Positions 39,455 through 52,479 of a stretch of 62,717 nucleotides of DNA are shown here, in pieces. Within the stretch, counting starts at the first letter, position 1. Each line of letters begins with the position of its first letter. Under the pieces are notes generated by a model. That model was given only the letters and a program-made list of their open reading frames with translations, did not search any database and was not told where the DNA came from. The stretch is from Dimargaris cristalligena. Lineage: Eukaryota. Made by a program: the position numbers and the translations under genes. The stretch is from positions 1 through 62,717 of the forward strand of contig ML002236.1 in NCBI GenBank assembly GCA_003614675.1, in the 5' to 3' direction.

Positions 39455-39956
39455 ATTGAGCCCCATGTACCCTACTGCAAATAGTGAATATTTGTTACCA
39501 ATCCCCCGAAAATCCGGTTGATTTTATATATATATATATTTGTATAAACTGGTGCGAATAACGTTTAGTGAGGTCTATATGGCCATGTATATTTTACATC
39601 ATATAATAAATACCTAAAGTTGGATCTTAATCTAAACATCGTTCGGTGATACGAGTTACGATAATAGCTATTTCGAATCAGCTAGCTGTGCCATGTCCCT
39701 CTAAGGTAAAGGCTTATCCAACCCATCCTATAATGTTATTTTAATTTACGGTAATGTATATTTGTGTAAGCAGTTTCGGGAACTTCTATAAGCGGCACTA
39801 AGCAATAGTTTACGAAGATCTGTACTACAGTAGCTATGGAGAGGCAAGACTGGCCCTCTATTGCTATTAATACTGGCATAGGCATTCCTGATCGTTGTCT
39901 ACAATCGATCTAATGCAGGGCTGTGCAGCTTGGCGGAATATACCCACCATTATTAC

Positions 39957-40100
39957 ATATGGGTGAACTTCAACCCAACTGTATAAGATTTTACACAATA
40001 TGTGTATGGGATAATATGTGGGAGAATAATTTTTGACCAGTAATATTTACCTTGTCAAATGGATTATTCGTTATACAGCCTGGATGAACTTCTGCCATAT
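39957..40100. mobile_element. MITE-like element, copy 1 (144 bp)
   Basis: Near-identical to 59364-59501. Imperfect ~30-bp terminal inverted repeats (ATATGGGTGAACTTCAACCCAACTGTATAA ... TTATACAGCCTGGATGAACTTCTGCCATAT), with ATAT at both ends. Confidence 0.75.
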
Positions 40101-40338
40101 CAATTGGTATGACTTCATCTATGCTCTGGTTGCCCTGTAATGTCGCCTAGGCAATTGATGTTATTGGGTTGAAATGTATATAACGGTATTCTATTATACA
40201 TGTTTATTTGTATCAACTGTTAGTTGACTTTGGATCGGTGAAATCTAGCTAGCAAATCCATGGAAACTGAAAATGAGGGATAAATAAAGGAATCTAATTA
40301 CCCACTGGATAGCTGAGCGTACAGCATAATCAAGAATA

Positions 40339-42793
40339 TCAGTGAAACAATGGGTGCTGAAGAGCCTCCTGGGCCGTAATACGCTCATTGGGATCTAGAG
40401 CAAAACATTGCGTGAGTAGGTCGTATACTTCGGGCGGAAATACGGCTAGACCGCCGGAATTGTATACTTTGACTAGCCTATCAAACGGTATCGCGCTTTC
40501 ACGAACTGTAGGAACGTTCGTAAAGAAGGCCCGGTCTGATAAAGTGCGCATGTAAGGAATATAGGAAATAAGTGTATTGGATAAAGATAGGTTGCAAAAT
40601 ACTTGCAATTAGCCCATGGGTTTGATAACCAATATTCCTCTGGTACTCTGTAATTTTTATTCAAGAAGCAGGGCTGTGCTATCTAGGCTTCGCACTCCAA
40701 GCTTCGAATATCGATACATTTCCGCCCATTCTATTTACAGTGGACCAAAGGTACTTACCGTGAAGGGAGGCCACGCGCTCCATTTCCTTCTTTCCGAACA
40801 GTACCCCCATCTCGAGCAGCGCTTCTTGGTCGTCGGTGGAGTTGAAGAACGGGAAGCGGTGGGTCAGGATACTCAGCATAATAACGCCAACCGACCAGAT
40901 ATCAATTGCCTGGGTCTGGTAAGTCACCTTGAGCAGCACTTCGGGGGCTCGGAATCCCCGAGTTCCAGCGCGATTGGCCCGGACCGAGGGGCGGAGATCG
41001 CGGCGGAGTATGCCGGGGCGCTGGCGGGAGTCCACGATAGTCGGGGTCTGTTCAACGGCGGGCCTACGTGGGTATAGCGAGGTCGAGGCGCCTAGCGAAT
41101 GGGTATGGGGGACGACTTTCTTGCTTTTGTGGTTAAGAGGAGTAGCCGGTTGGGTGGGTTCAGCCTGGCCTCCTCGGGCCCCGGCGGTGTTCATTGTGGA
41201 CCCTCTGACCGCCGGGGACGGCTGAGTCGATTGCGGTGTTTTTTGAGGATGGTAAAAGCGGAGGGAGGATTCCTTGAGACGTTGGCGATAACTCGGTTCC
41301 GATGTTTCGGCAGTTGGTTGGGTTCGACTGACTTGAGGGGTGGAAGTGGTTGAAGAGGCGTCGTAGTTCTGCGTTGGGCCAGTCACGGATTCGTACCGCA
41401 TAGGGGTGGGCGTCTTTAAAGGGTTGGGAAGCGGAAAGGGGGTTATGGTAGAATATGTGCTACGGTCTATGTCCGGGCCAGGGGCGGGGATAGTGGCGGA
41501 TAGACCATTGAGAGCCTGGCTCGTCAGAACTGAGGCACTCCAATTCTGAGCGGATGTAGGCCGGTTGGCTAGGGAATTAGATCCAGTCGATGTTGGTCGC
41601 TGCGGAGTTTTCAGGCCTGTGGGGGGCTCGACCGGATGCTCCATATACTGAGCGAGACCAAAGTCGACCAAAACGCCATGCTGGGTGTCAATATTAAATA
41701 GAAAATTACTCGGTTTTACGTCGCGGTGGAGGATTTTGTGTCGGTGGGTGTATTCCAAGGCACTGAAAAGACAGTATAAATATCTTTTGATTTGCTCCAG
41801 GTTCATGGTGCGGTAATAGTCACGGAAATCGTGGTGCTGGAAGTAAGGAAGCACAACTAGCACCTGGTCTTCGTGACGCAATGCGGTAATTAGGGGTCCT
41901 ACATGGGGATGGCCGCTGTTAACGGGATATGGACGTTCCGATGCCAGGAATGGTGCCAACCGGGAATACCGTCGGGAAATAAATGCAATACGGTTATACA
42001 GGGAAAGGGGTGGGTTAGTCGGCTGCCATACCCAAATTAGCGTGGTTAGGCTGCTCGAAGTGCTCTTTGGTATAACAGAACAACGGTCCGGATAGCTAAT
42101 GGACTTACGTGAGATCTTTGAGGATTTGAATTTCGTTGGCAATACGGGCGGGGCTACTTGTCACATAGATTTTCTTAACAGCGACGTATTTCCTAGGCTC
42201 CCGACTGGGAGGTTGGTGGGAGCATGGGTCGTTGGTCACCTTAGTACGCTTACTCTGGTGCAAAACTGGCCTGTCGTCGGCGGGGGTGGGGGCGACATCC
42301 CAATACCGGTTGTCGTATTTGCTGTAATTGACATCAACGGCCTTGTATACACAGCTAAAGGTACCTGTGTTTAAGTCGAAACGGCGGTAGAGATAGGGTA
42401 GATATGGTTAGTATATATGAAGCGGGAGGGGCACATCGGCGGGTTGGTCCCAGGTGTAAAAGACTCGGACATGACTGGGGCTCCATATAGGTTTGGGCGC
42501 TCGAAGGATAGCCTTCAACCAGCCAACGGAACTGAATGGCCTTCCCAGACGAGGTGGTACTAACCTTCACCAATTTTGCTAATGAGCCGGTACTGTTTGG
42601 CTACGGCAGGGAAGTTCTGTTCGAGGTCTTCCATCTCCTTGAGGACTTCATCACATACGGCTTCCTCCTCGCTATCAGCCTCGCTGGTCTCTTCACTGGG
42701 CAGCTGCGACGAGAGGTGCGGGGTTGAATTGGACCTGGCAGGGCCAGAATATGGCATAGCGGCCTCTGACTCCGAAGGGTTTAGGCAAGACAT
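40339..42793 (-). CDS. CDC7: Cdc7/Hsk1 (DDK) Ser/Thr kinase. Exons 42793-42565, 42364-42109, 41915-40759 and 40535-40339
   Basis: KIGEG|TFSCVYKA, VALKKIYVTSSP.RI.NE, HRDVKPSNFL, LVDFGLAQ, the Cdc7 hallmark RANRAGTRGFRAPEVL, IDIWSVGVI and RITAQEALQHP. Long kinase insert. Confidence 0.96.
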
Positions 42794-44672
42794 GGTGGTA
42801 AATGAGAGGGCAGGTGTACAATGTATAGGAATGCAAAGGAAGTGGAATGCGATATTGAGACAAACGCGCCGACAAACTAAGAGCAGAGGTATTCGGAAAA
42901 GGCGGAGTTTTCGGCAAGACCTACGCCGCTACAGGGAACTCGATAAAGTAGGCAGCGCCTGTCATAAAACGAGGCTAGCTAAAGGGATTGTTGACCCTAC
43001 TACTCTTCTAAGTGGCTGATTTGACAATGAGGAGTATATCCCACGGAGCGGTGGAAACTCTACATCATTTGACCGGGTAATTTGGAGTTGGTGTTATTGG
43101 CTTCTGGTGAAGTTCAGGAAACTAGGCGAGGTGGGAATATAATAGTGGTCACCTGACCGGATTCCGCCAAATACGTGGGCGTTATATCCACAATGTTATT
43201 TGAATTATCCGAAAACCGCCAGCCGGTGTTCGTTTCCGGCTGGCAACACATACCAACCCGGCCTTGACGCACCAATTCGACCTGACGCAGCTTTAATGGC
43301 TCCATACCCTAAATCAATGATACGTATTATAATTGCCGAATACTATTTAAAGTCCCGTCCCGCCTCAGAGCCCCGACGTTTCATTTTAAGGAAGTGGTCT
43401 GGGGGATGGAGGGAGAGGCATATGGATACATAGTGTTCGGGGGCAGTTCTTTTACCAAGAATAGAGATGTAGGCTAAAATGGGTTCCAGTCGGGTCTCTA
43501 GAGGTAGACTTTGAAATGAAGGGTTGATGTGGTGTTAATTGGACAGTCTGCGGGTATTTCAAATGTGTTGTCATCACTGGCTAAACGACCCCTCCTGAGT
43601 GATAGACTATAAAAGGACCGGACCAGGGACCCTTGGATTTGATATACTGGCACAGGATTCATTGTGGCTATCATGTCTAGCTATGTAATATGGGGGAAAT
43701 TCCAATGGAAGGATGGCCAATTACAATATATGGTGACATCCCCATTCTAATAGGGTTTGAGGTGTATGAATAAGGGTCGGGTAATTATGGATGTGTCGGC
43801 AAAAATCAATGGGTACCAAAATTCATTTAAAAATAATTACCGGCATTGTTCGGTTCTCATAAATGGACGGAATAGCATATTAAATTACTTCTCTAGTCTA
43901 TGATACTTCCTATAAAACGGGCACAGTCCTTATTAATAAACGCGGTATCTATTGCTAATCGGTAAACCCGAAAGCCTCACGTTGTTTCGACTGTTGAAGG
44001 TGGATGCTGAATCTTCATCCATTGATTGGACGGAATCCGTTACTCGAAATGTCAACGATGTACTATGCAATTTGTCTTGAAAAGGTTAGCCCTAGGTGAA
44101 TTATTCTTGGTGAGCCAGTATCTGAGAAGGCTGACTATTTCTATTGGAAGCTGTCCTCTTTTCCCCATTTCGGGTCAGTTGATCTTGAATGTATGTATTC
44201 ACCACCTCCGGTAGGAGCAGAAGAATCAGTGTGAGAAGTCGGAGCAAAAAAGGAGGGATTGGCCACCCTTCCAGTTGAATAGAGCGTGCCTACCAGGCGT
44301 TTCCCTATAAAGCGCCTAATTTAAACAGTTGTACATTGTCTTACCACTAGGAGATGTGCACTATGTGGCCGAGAAGGCCCTTCTACCCAATGGTTTTTCC
44401 CCGATGGCTGGGCGAAACAATAACATGAATGGAGAGGGCCTATAGTAAAACCCTTGGCTTTCGAATGTCCGAGACAGAACACTTATTTTATCTTTCCTTC
44501 TCCATCATATTTTTATTATTTTTGCTCGAGACTACCAACAACACCCTTGTCCCTGTATTCCAACCATTATAGTTTACCTGCTTTATAGCTCTTTATTTTA
44601 TAATCGTCGAAAATATACTAACCGCGGGTATTTAGCTCCATACCCGACTCTTGGCTAACAATTCTATAACTT

Positions 44673-47600
44673 ATGAGTGAGGCCGTAGGCAAAATAAAAC
44701 ATATTGTTGGCAATGTAAGTCCCCCCCTCCCAATTAAAGGCCGCCGTCCTACGCAATACTGCCCCCCGGAACGTCCTATACCAACCTTTTATGACCACCC
44801 TAGACAGGTTTTTGGATATCCGCCCCATTGCATTAGTAACTTTATCAGTTAGGAAGAGGAATCTGTAATTTTTGATACACGCCATTTGTCTAACTGCTTA
44901 TACTTGTCACCTTGTATGATACATACACCCCACACATCACGCCCTGTCCGTTGCCAGGCGCTGACTCGTAAAGAGACATCACCCGCTGACATTGTGGGCC
45001 TTGTCGACCTAGAAAGCGTTAGGGCCATAGATAACCCGACCAGGGAGAACACGGGTGAGGATTTCTCAGTCACGAGACCACTTTTGAATGAACAGAGCTC
45101 GGCAGCAACAAATTCCGATAGAACCTACGCTCCCCAAGGAAACCCATCGGATGGGGACGGGAAAACCTCGTCAAGCGAACCCACCCAACAACCCGCGGCC
45201 AACTGCAATTCATCTGATACCAATGGTGTAGGGCAATTGCCAGACTGTGATTTGCAATCACCGGCCATACCGCCTGTCGCCCCCAATGACCCAATCTTAA
45301 TCGAAGACAAGAAGGAGCTCGAAAAGCCGGAAACCTCGTCGTTCTGGGAAACATCCAAGGCTGCCACCGTTTTTACCACCATCGACGCATTTCTGCTGCT
45401 TCTCTCCATGGTGGTCTTCATCTCGGTAAGTAATATCCATTATCACTAATGTGGGGGTGTAACCAGCCGGATAGGGCTTTCAATGTTATAAACGCCGGGC
45501 TTTTTTGAAATCTAACTACATTGCCGTGCACCATTTACTACAAATTGTCCATCTGTCCTATTCCAATGCGGGTTTCCGACCGGCAACCCCGAATAGAACT
45601 CGTTTGTTCTTTCTACGGACGCCCACCCGAGGGAGTTTCCGGTCGCTCGAATCATCCTGGATTTAGTTTGCACAATAGCCATTCTTGCGTTCTACGTATT
45701 TTACTGGAAAATGAGGGTAGTACAGGTGGTTTGGTGGACCTGGATCCTGGTTATGGTTTTTGGCATCAGTGTTATCATTGGAACGGTCCTGTACTTTGTC
45801 CTACCTGTCGCTTCGAGCCAGTACCTAGGGGTTAGCTACGCGGTAAGTAACCTCAAACCAGGCGAGCTGTTAATTTTTTTTTAGAAAACCTTATACAACC
45901 TCTATTTATTAACACAGTTATTTGTAATATGCGCCAAGGCAACAGTGGGTACACCTATTGCCAATATATCCACCATATAAGCAGCGAAAGTACTGAATTC
46001 CTAATCACTTCCTAATGTCCGCTCAACTGGACGCTTTTTCCCTCGAACACCATTCTAGTCAACCCTGTATTTCCTCAGGTTCGTTTTACTGGCCGCTGCC
46101 TTGGAAAGACTAGTTGGTCAGTACCACGCGGCTTTCCGACTAGTCGACGATGCCTATAACCAAGTGATTCAAACCAGTAAGTAGCAAATATCCTCGGGTG
46201 TTGTATTGCCACCATTTATTATTAACCTAACTAAAAAATGTAGAATTGTCTGGTCCATAATATATTATGAAATTTTCGACAATTCCATGCCTGTGACCAT
46301 TTACAACAAATACCTTTCTAATCACCGTCACTTCTCGCATGTGTTTTTTGTCGATATTTCGCCCCTATGTTAGTGACTCGACTGTTTTGCTACTGGATGG
46401 CCATTAGCTCTCTCTTACAAACGGTCGTTTACTTCGTTATGCACGCCGACGAGAATCTAAATTTCAGTTTTGGCGATACCATGTACTACGTGATTTTGTG
46501 TCTCATTAACGGCCCGACCGATAGTATCATTGAGGATAATCCCGCCTCCCGGGTGCTCGTATGTTTGTTGATCATTGGCATTTTCGTCGTGATTCCATTG
46601 GAATTTCAAAAAATTAGCGATGTATTTCAGAAGCGGTCTCAGCAAGAGCGTCCAGTCAAACATACATCCGAGAAGAATGTGACCGACATCTTTGTCTGCG
46701 GCTACCTAACCCTCACCAGTGTACAGGCCATTCTCAACAGCATCGATGAGAGCACCTCGCTTCGTAACGTCAAGAAGCAAGTCACCTTCATTGACCATCA
46801 GGCGCTGCCTGAAGAGGTTATGAAACTGATCACCAGTCGTGAATACCGGCACTACGTCGCTTTCATTAAAAGGTAAGCATATCGGGTTTCGAGCTGTAGC
46901 CTCCATCGATGGGGTCCACCCCAACTTCACTATGACTTAAAACCAGCAATCTAACACTTTAACTTGACCATTCTTTTGTGGACCCCCGTTCTCCCTTTGC
47001 ATTCGTTAGAGTTTCTTTTGATTACTCGTTTTTGCTCGAGCTTAACATCCAGGATCTGGATATATTCTTGGTCATTACCGACTATGATTCCACGATCCAC
47101 TCCGCTGAGTATATGGATTCCTATTGTGTTTCGAAGACAATGGTAAGTGCGCCTTTTATTCAGGGAAAACAGCGGAAGATTGACACATACGAACTGGCCA
47201 AGTCTAACCTATCCAAACGCCCCCCCCCCCTTTCCTTCATGGCATTTAATCGGAGTTTTTCTATTTTTATTTTTGCTTAATTTGGGATGCCGTGTACTCC
47301 TATTCCTTGCAAAAACCACCTGATTGGGCCCACACCAGCGCATCTGCCAGTTTTTATGGTTGCAGAACATGAACAATTCAGTTCGCACGCAGGTCATTCT
47401 CCGCTCCTCGATGAAGTACCTCCGCAAATTCTCCAATTGTCAAGTCATTTGTTTGGACGACAGTATAGTAAATATGTTGGCCAGCAATTGCGTGGCGCCC
47501 GGGATGGCGACTCTGCTCTACCAATTGGTCCGCGATAACTTCTCCAGCGTAGCCACCACCTTTATCTCTCTCGTCTTTAACAACTGCAACCTTAAGGAAA

Positions 47601-49887
47601 TTCGCTTATCACTTTTCCCGGCCAAGATCGATCCAAGTTACCAGAGTTACTCAAGCGAAAGTATTTTTTACGACTTTCTTCATTATGGTACCAGCTACAA
47701 GTCCATAGTCGGTGTAAGCGATACCCAACCACCCCCACCCACCCAAGACGACCCCGATCGGAAACTCAACTACTTTCAATACAAATTGGCATCGCATGTA
47801 AACCAAGCCAAGGAGGGAGGGTCCGTGATTTTATTAGAGCGGCATAAGAGAGGCACTGCGACTAATGATGTTGGTCGTGATCCGGAAACGGGAGGAACCC
47901 GGGGGGCTAGGCCTCATATATCCAAACGTAATAGGAATGCCAATATCTTAAAAACCCGAGCACTCAATGACCTGAACTGGGGGACACTCATTTTCCGTTG
48001 TGCTTGGGAACCCCTCCTCAAGAAGTTCAAGGAACTATTTCAGGACACTTCGGTCTACGTAAATGTGGAGGCCTTTGATGGAGACTCATCCTCCAAGTCG
48101 AACTCGAAAACACCGGCCGCCTTTTTTGGACCGTCGTACATTGGTGAATTCTCCAACCCGTTGCCAACTATTACTGACCATTTGATTGTGTGGGACTTTC
48201 AAACCGAATTCGAGCGTGTATCCATTCCGTTACTCAAACGCCTACGTGGATTAGCAGGCGAATCCACTGAGATTCTGTACCTGAACGGTGCTTCCCTTCC
48301 CGCTGATGTACTTGATACAATTAGCCAAATCCCCAAGGTAAGTTATTATATTGACTCAAGGTGCAGTAGAGATGGCCAGCCATGGTTATGAATGGCCGTA
48401 TATATTTTCCCATCAGTACACACTAGGACTGTCCAATTACTTATGTAAACTTGTTTGGTTAATCGATATTTTTGCTACCGCGGCCACAATGGTCCTCTAT
48501 GTGCGATTTAATACTGCATTGTAGGTTCAGCTAATACCGACATCATTGGACTCGGCGAATAACCTTAGCCAAATCAGCATCAAGACTGCCCGGTCGGTCA
48601 TTCTCTTGCATCGGATCCACGAAGAAAGGTGCGTATTTTCGGAGCATCGGCACTTTGGTATACTATGACCGACAATATCAGAATAACTTGATGCCCCAAA
48701 ATTTCTAAGTCATTGGATTAACGGGTTCCTTCGCCCCTGTTCTTAATTATTGCGTTTCGTCCATTTAGATCGGAAATACTGAAAGATTCATCTGTCTATA
48801 TGGCGGAAAACTACATTCGCAGCCGACGGCCTTATATTCCCATCATCAAGCGCTACCCCTGTAATGTAGTGGGTACAAAGAAAAGCATTGTGCGCCAATT
48901 TGCGAAGAATTACTTTGGTAAGTACAGTAGTCGCTATAATGTCGAAAGCGGCTTTCGTGTGCTTTTGCCCGTACTTTGCTCTGCATAACTCCAACCTGTA
49001 GCTACTCATTTCTTAACGGGATATAAGCATCAAAAATTTGGAGTACGTCCCTGAACCGTTGTATTGTTCAATGCAACGGGTTCGGGCTCCAGTAGGACAT
49101 GCCCTCTGAGTAATTAACACATTTCCGTATCCATCGTATTTACTGTGTACGGCCATCCCATTGTCCATCTTACCACATTGTTAATGCGGAATAGAATGGG
49201 TCTATAATACCTGGCGCCCTATTATCGCGGGTGACGCTGTTTTCACTGATATATTCTATTATCTCATGAACAGTCCCCAGCATATCGGAAACATCTCCCA
49301 ACTTCTGTTCCCAACTAAAGGATCTAAGGCCAAATGGTGTTCGATACCGACGAAGTACTTCGCTGGTTGTAAGTATACCATGGTCTATTTTAAAAAACAC
49401 CACGAGTTCCGGGCCATTATCTTCCTCGGTTCTTATTTCCACCCCTCACATACTTGGATACATTGCCCAACTCAGAAGACTTTAAGGGCCTTGATCTATC
49501 AGAGATTGCAATGTTAACCTACTCTTCCTTTACAATCACTCTTCTACTTATTGTATGGGACCTCCAACCAATTTAGACGACTCTCCCTCTGCTACTAAAT
49601 CCGATCGATGGTACGCAGCTGTCTATAACAAACTTATGGAGAAGGGAATCAGTGCAATAGGGGCCACTACCCATGAATCTTACAAGACGAAATGCTTCAA
49701 CCGGATACTGTGTCTAGTTCCACGGACCAATTTGGAGCTGGGGCCAGAGGACCAGATTCTGTGCCTTATTCCGGACTACCTGGACATTGCGAAAATTAGG
49801 GAGTACTTGGCGGCCCCCGATGATACATCGGCGAACAGCTCCTATTCGGCAATAGTTCCCCACTTTACCGAACTTCCGGCCGTATAA
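44673..49887 (+). CDS. Highly divergent Slo/BK(KCNMA/KCNT)-like 6TM channel with tandem RCK domains, about 11 exons
   Basis: Spliced S1-S4 (exons 44958-45425, 45597-45842, 46059-46176). S5-pore-S6 from 46374: FSFGDTMYYVILCLINGPTDSIIEDNPASRVLVCLLII. IFVCG; RCK1 motif VICLDDSIVNMLASNCVAPGMATLLYQL (BK: [28 protein letters not shown]); RCK2 DHLIVW, I.TARSVILL and RPIIAGD. Confidence 0.75.
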
Positions 49888-50959
49888 TGGGCCATTTGCC
49901 CTCTGTAGCATGCTGTGTTTATGCTGCAGGGCGAATCTATTTTTCATTATTTATATAGTTAACAACCAATATGGCCAACTACGGACACTGCTGGACAGCT
50001 CTTAAACTGTGTGTGCCTACTTAGTGAAAGGGTGGAGACTGTGGCTGTTGCTATTAAACTACTATAGTTTTAATACATGCCTTTCGTCAGTGGTATAGCT
50101 CAGCCCAGTTTTAATGCTACCTCATTTTTAATCTAAGAGAGCTAGTCATTAACGCGATGCCGCCCATACTGGCATGTTTCATAGTTGGATAATATCTGCC
50201 ATCCAAGCGCAGTTACCATTTCTGTATCTGACAGTCTAAACCGTCTCTGGGCCGATGATTGGAGTTGACGGGGAGGTATTCCAAGCATTCAGAAAGCGCG
50301 AGCGATATTGGTTATTTTCGATCCCTAAGTGGCTCTAGCCGGACTTGCAACTGTCCAATTAAACAGATAGATACTGGGCGAGACAAGGGTATTATGCAGA
50401 TATATTGTAACAGAGGTCGGGGAAGGTTATAGGATATGAGCGGGCTTGTTCAAGGGAAGGGGAATACAGGATACGAATATATAGGGGCATGGATTGGATA
50501 ACCACTTCCTAGTAGCCATGTGAAGGGAGAGCGTATATGTCCCACTATCCGCCGATGGGGAATATAAATCGTCACAGGCCATAATCGAGCCAGTCCGCCA
50601 CCCTGCAGGCCACCAATGGCAGTCGGTTGAATGCCCCTACTGCTGGATATGCAAAGCACCCTTTAACCTCCTCTACGTTCAGTAGTGTTTACACATGCCC
50701 AAGTCACACACCTCTTTGCTGATACGTCCACATGGCGCTTCTCCACTCTACTACTTACTTACTGGCCAGCAAACGGTATATATATATATATACATTAATA
50801 GACGGGGCGTTTTGTGCTTTTCGCCAGCCGGTTATATTGCCTACATATTAAATCCAGCCCCTGTTCTCTCTCCCACCACCAACTCCAACTTCAACCCTAC
50901 ACCACCGCTACCGTTGGCCCATTTGCCCATTCATTCCCCACCAGCTCATTTCTCCCCCA

Positions 50960-51733
50960 ATGCTCGACGTTCAAGGTAAAGTTGCCGTCATCACCGGCGC
51001 CTCCGCGGGTTTCGGCTGCCGACTGGCCCAGCGCCTCCACGCCAAAGGTGCGCAAGTGGTTTTAGGCGACATTGACGTTTCCGAGGGCCAGGCATTGGCC
51101 GACCAACTCAACCGAGCGCGCCCCGATTCCGCTGTATTTCAAAAGTGCGACGTGTCCCAAATAGCGGACAACCAAGGCCTTTTCGACCTGGCCGTCCGGC
51201 AGTTTGGTACCGCCGATATTATGATCAATAACGCCGGGGTGGCCGAGTCGCACCCCGTTTTCGCCGAGGACTCTACCACTCAGGCCTGGGAAAAGCTCCT
51301 TGCCATTAACTTACAGGCCGTTATTGCGGGCACGCAGTACGCCGTCAACTACTGGCTCCGTCACCGCAAATCCGGGGTGGTGGTCAGCGCCTCCTCCGCC
51401 TCCGCCTTCTCGTTCTTGCCTATTTCCCCCGTTTACGCCGCCACCAAGGCCGCTGTCCTGCACTTTACCTCCAATTGCGCTACCCTGAAGAAACAGGGCA
51501 TTCGGGTCAACGCCATCGCCCCGTTCTTCTCTAATACTAACCTTGTTAAGCAGGGTCGCCAGGACAATAAGCACTTCGACCGACTTGTATCCGGAGCCAA
51601 GATGGTGGACCCGGAAATGGTGGTTGATGCCTATATGCGCTGTATCGAAGACGAGTCCCTAGCTGGCGAAACCTTATCCATCTTGCCTAAATCTGGTATC
51701 CAGATCTTCCATCCCTACTACCCCAAACTGTAG
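50960..51733 (+). CDS. Classical short-chain dehydrogenase/reductase, 15-hydroxyprostaglandin dehydrogenase-like
   Basis: TGASAGFG Rossmann motif, CDV, NNAG, catalytic YAATK and IRVNAIAP. Ends in -PKL. Confidence 0.9.
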   Translation: MLDVQGKVAVITGASAGFGCRLAQRLHAKGAQVVLGDIDVSEGQALADQLNRARPDSAVFQKCDVSQIADNQGLFDLAVRQFGTADIMINNAGVAESHPVFAEDSTTQAWEKLLAINLQAVIAGTQYAVNYWLRHRKSGVVVSASSASAFSFLPISPVYAATKAAVLHFTSNCATLKKQGIRVNAIAPFFSNTNLVKQGRQDNKHFDRLVSGAKMVDPEMVVDAYMRCIEDESLAGETLSILPKSGIQIFHPYYPKL

Positions 51734-52479
51734 ATTGATTCACTGAGGCATTCCATAACGCATATAAAGCTGAGCGCCTCTTCGAATCCCATATTAACTT
51801 GGTAATATCTGGGCTGTCCTTTTTTGTTATCAAACTGCAGTATTTAAGGAGCTCGATAAGTCGATAAACAAACTTCATTAAGAATATCCGGCCCGTTGTA
51901 ATATATTGTAATGCTACCGAGATTCCAAAATGACACGCCCTAAAAGATAAATGCGCACTCTTACATATATTGGATGTGCGCAAGCATTTGAAACGATTGG
52001 GCTGGAATAGGTGACTCCTCCTCCTATGTAAATACAACTTAGCGAACTGGTTAGTTTAGAATGTTCAATGTTTTAATGATAGAAATGTTAAATCCTTGGT
52101 GAAAAATCAGGCAAACCTCGCGTAGAATGGCTCGTTCGAAATTTAAAATAACGGTGGATAAAGATAATACAAAAGACCTAGGGGAATAGCCGGTTTCATC
52201 GAATTGCCGAATAAAGCAGCGATAATCCGACCAGTTGCAGATTTAATGTCAAAAAGACTAATCCCCGTATAAAAAAATATTGTAAGCAATAAAGTTGCTT
52301 TCATAATGTATAAGAATAAGTACAGGGAACTTGTGGAAATGTAGAAAAAAAATAACACATGAACACGACTTAAATGTCCACGGCGGATAGAGTTGAGGAA
52401 AACGGGCAATTCATATAGTAGGCTAATAGCACGTTCCTCGATGATGAAATGATATATATTTTGTAACCCCTGGCCAATA

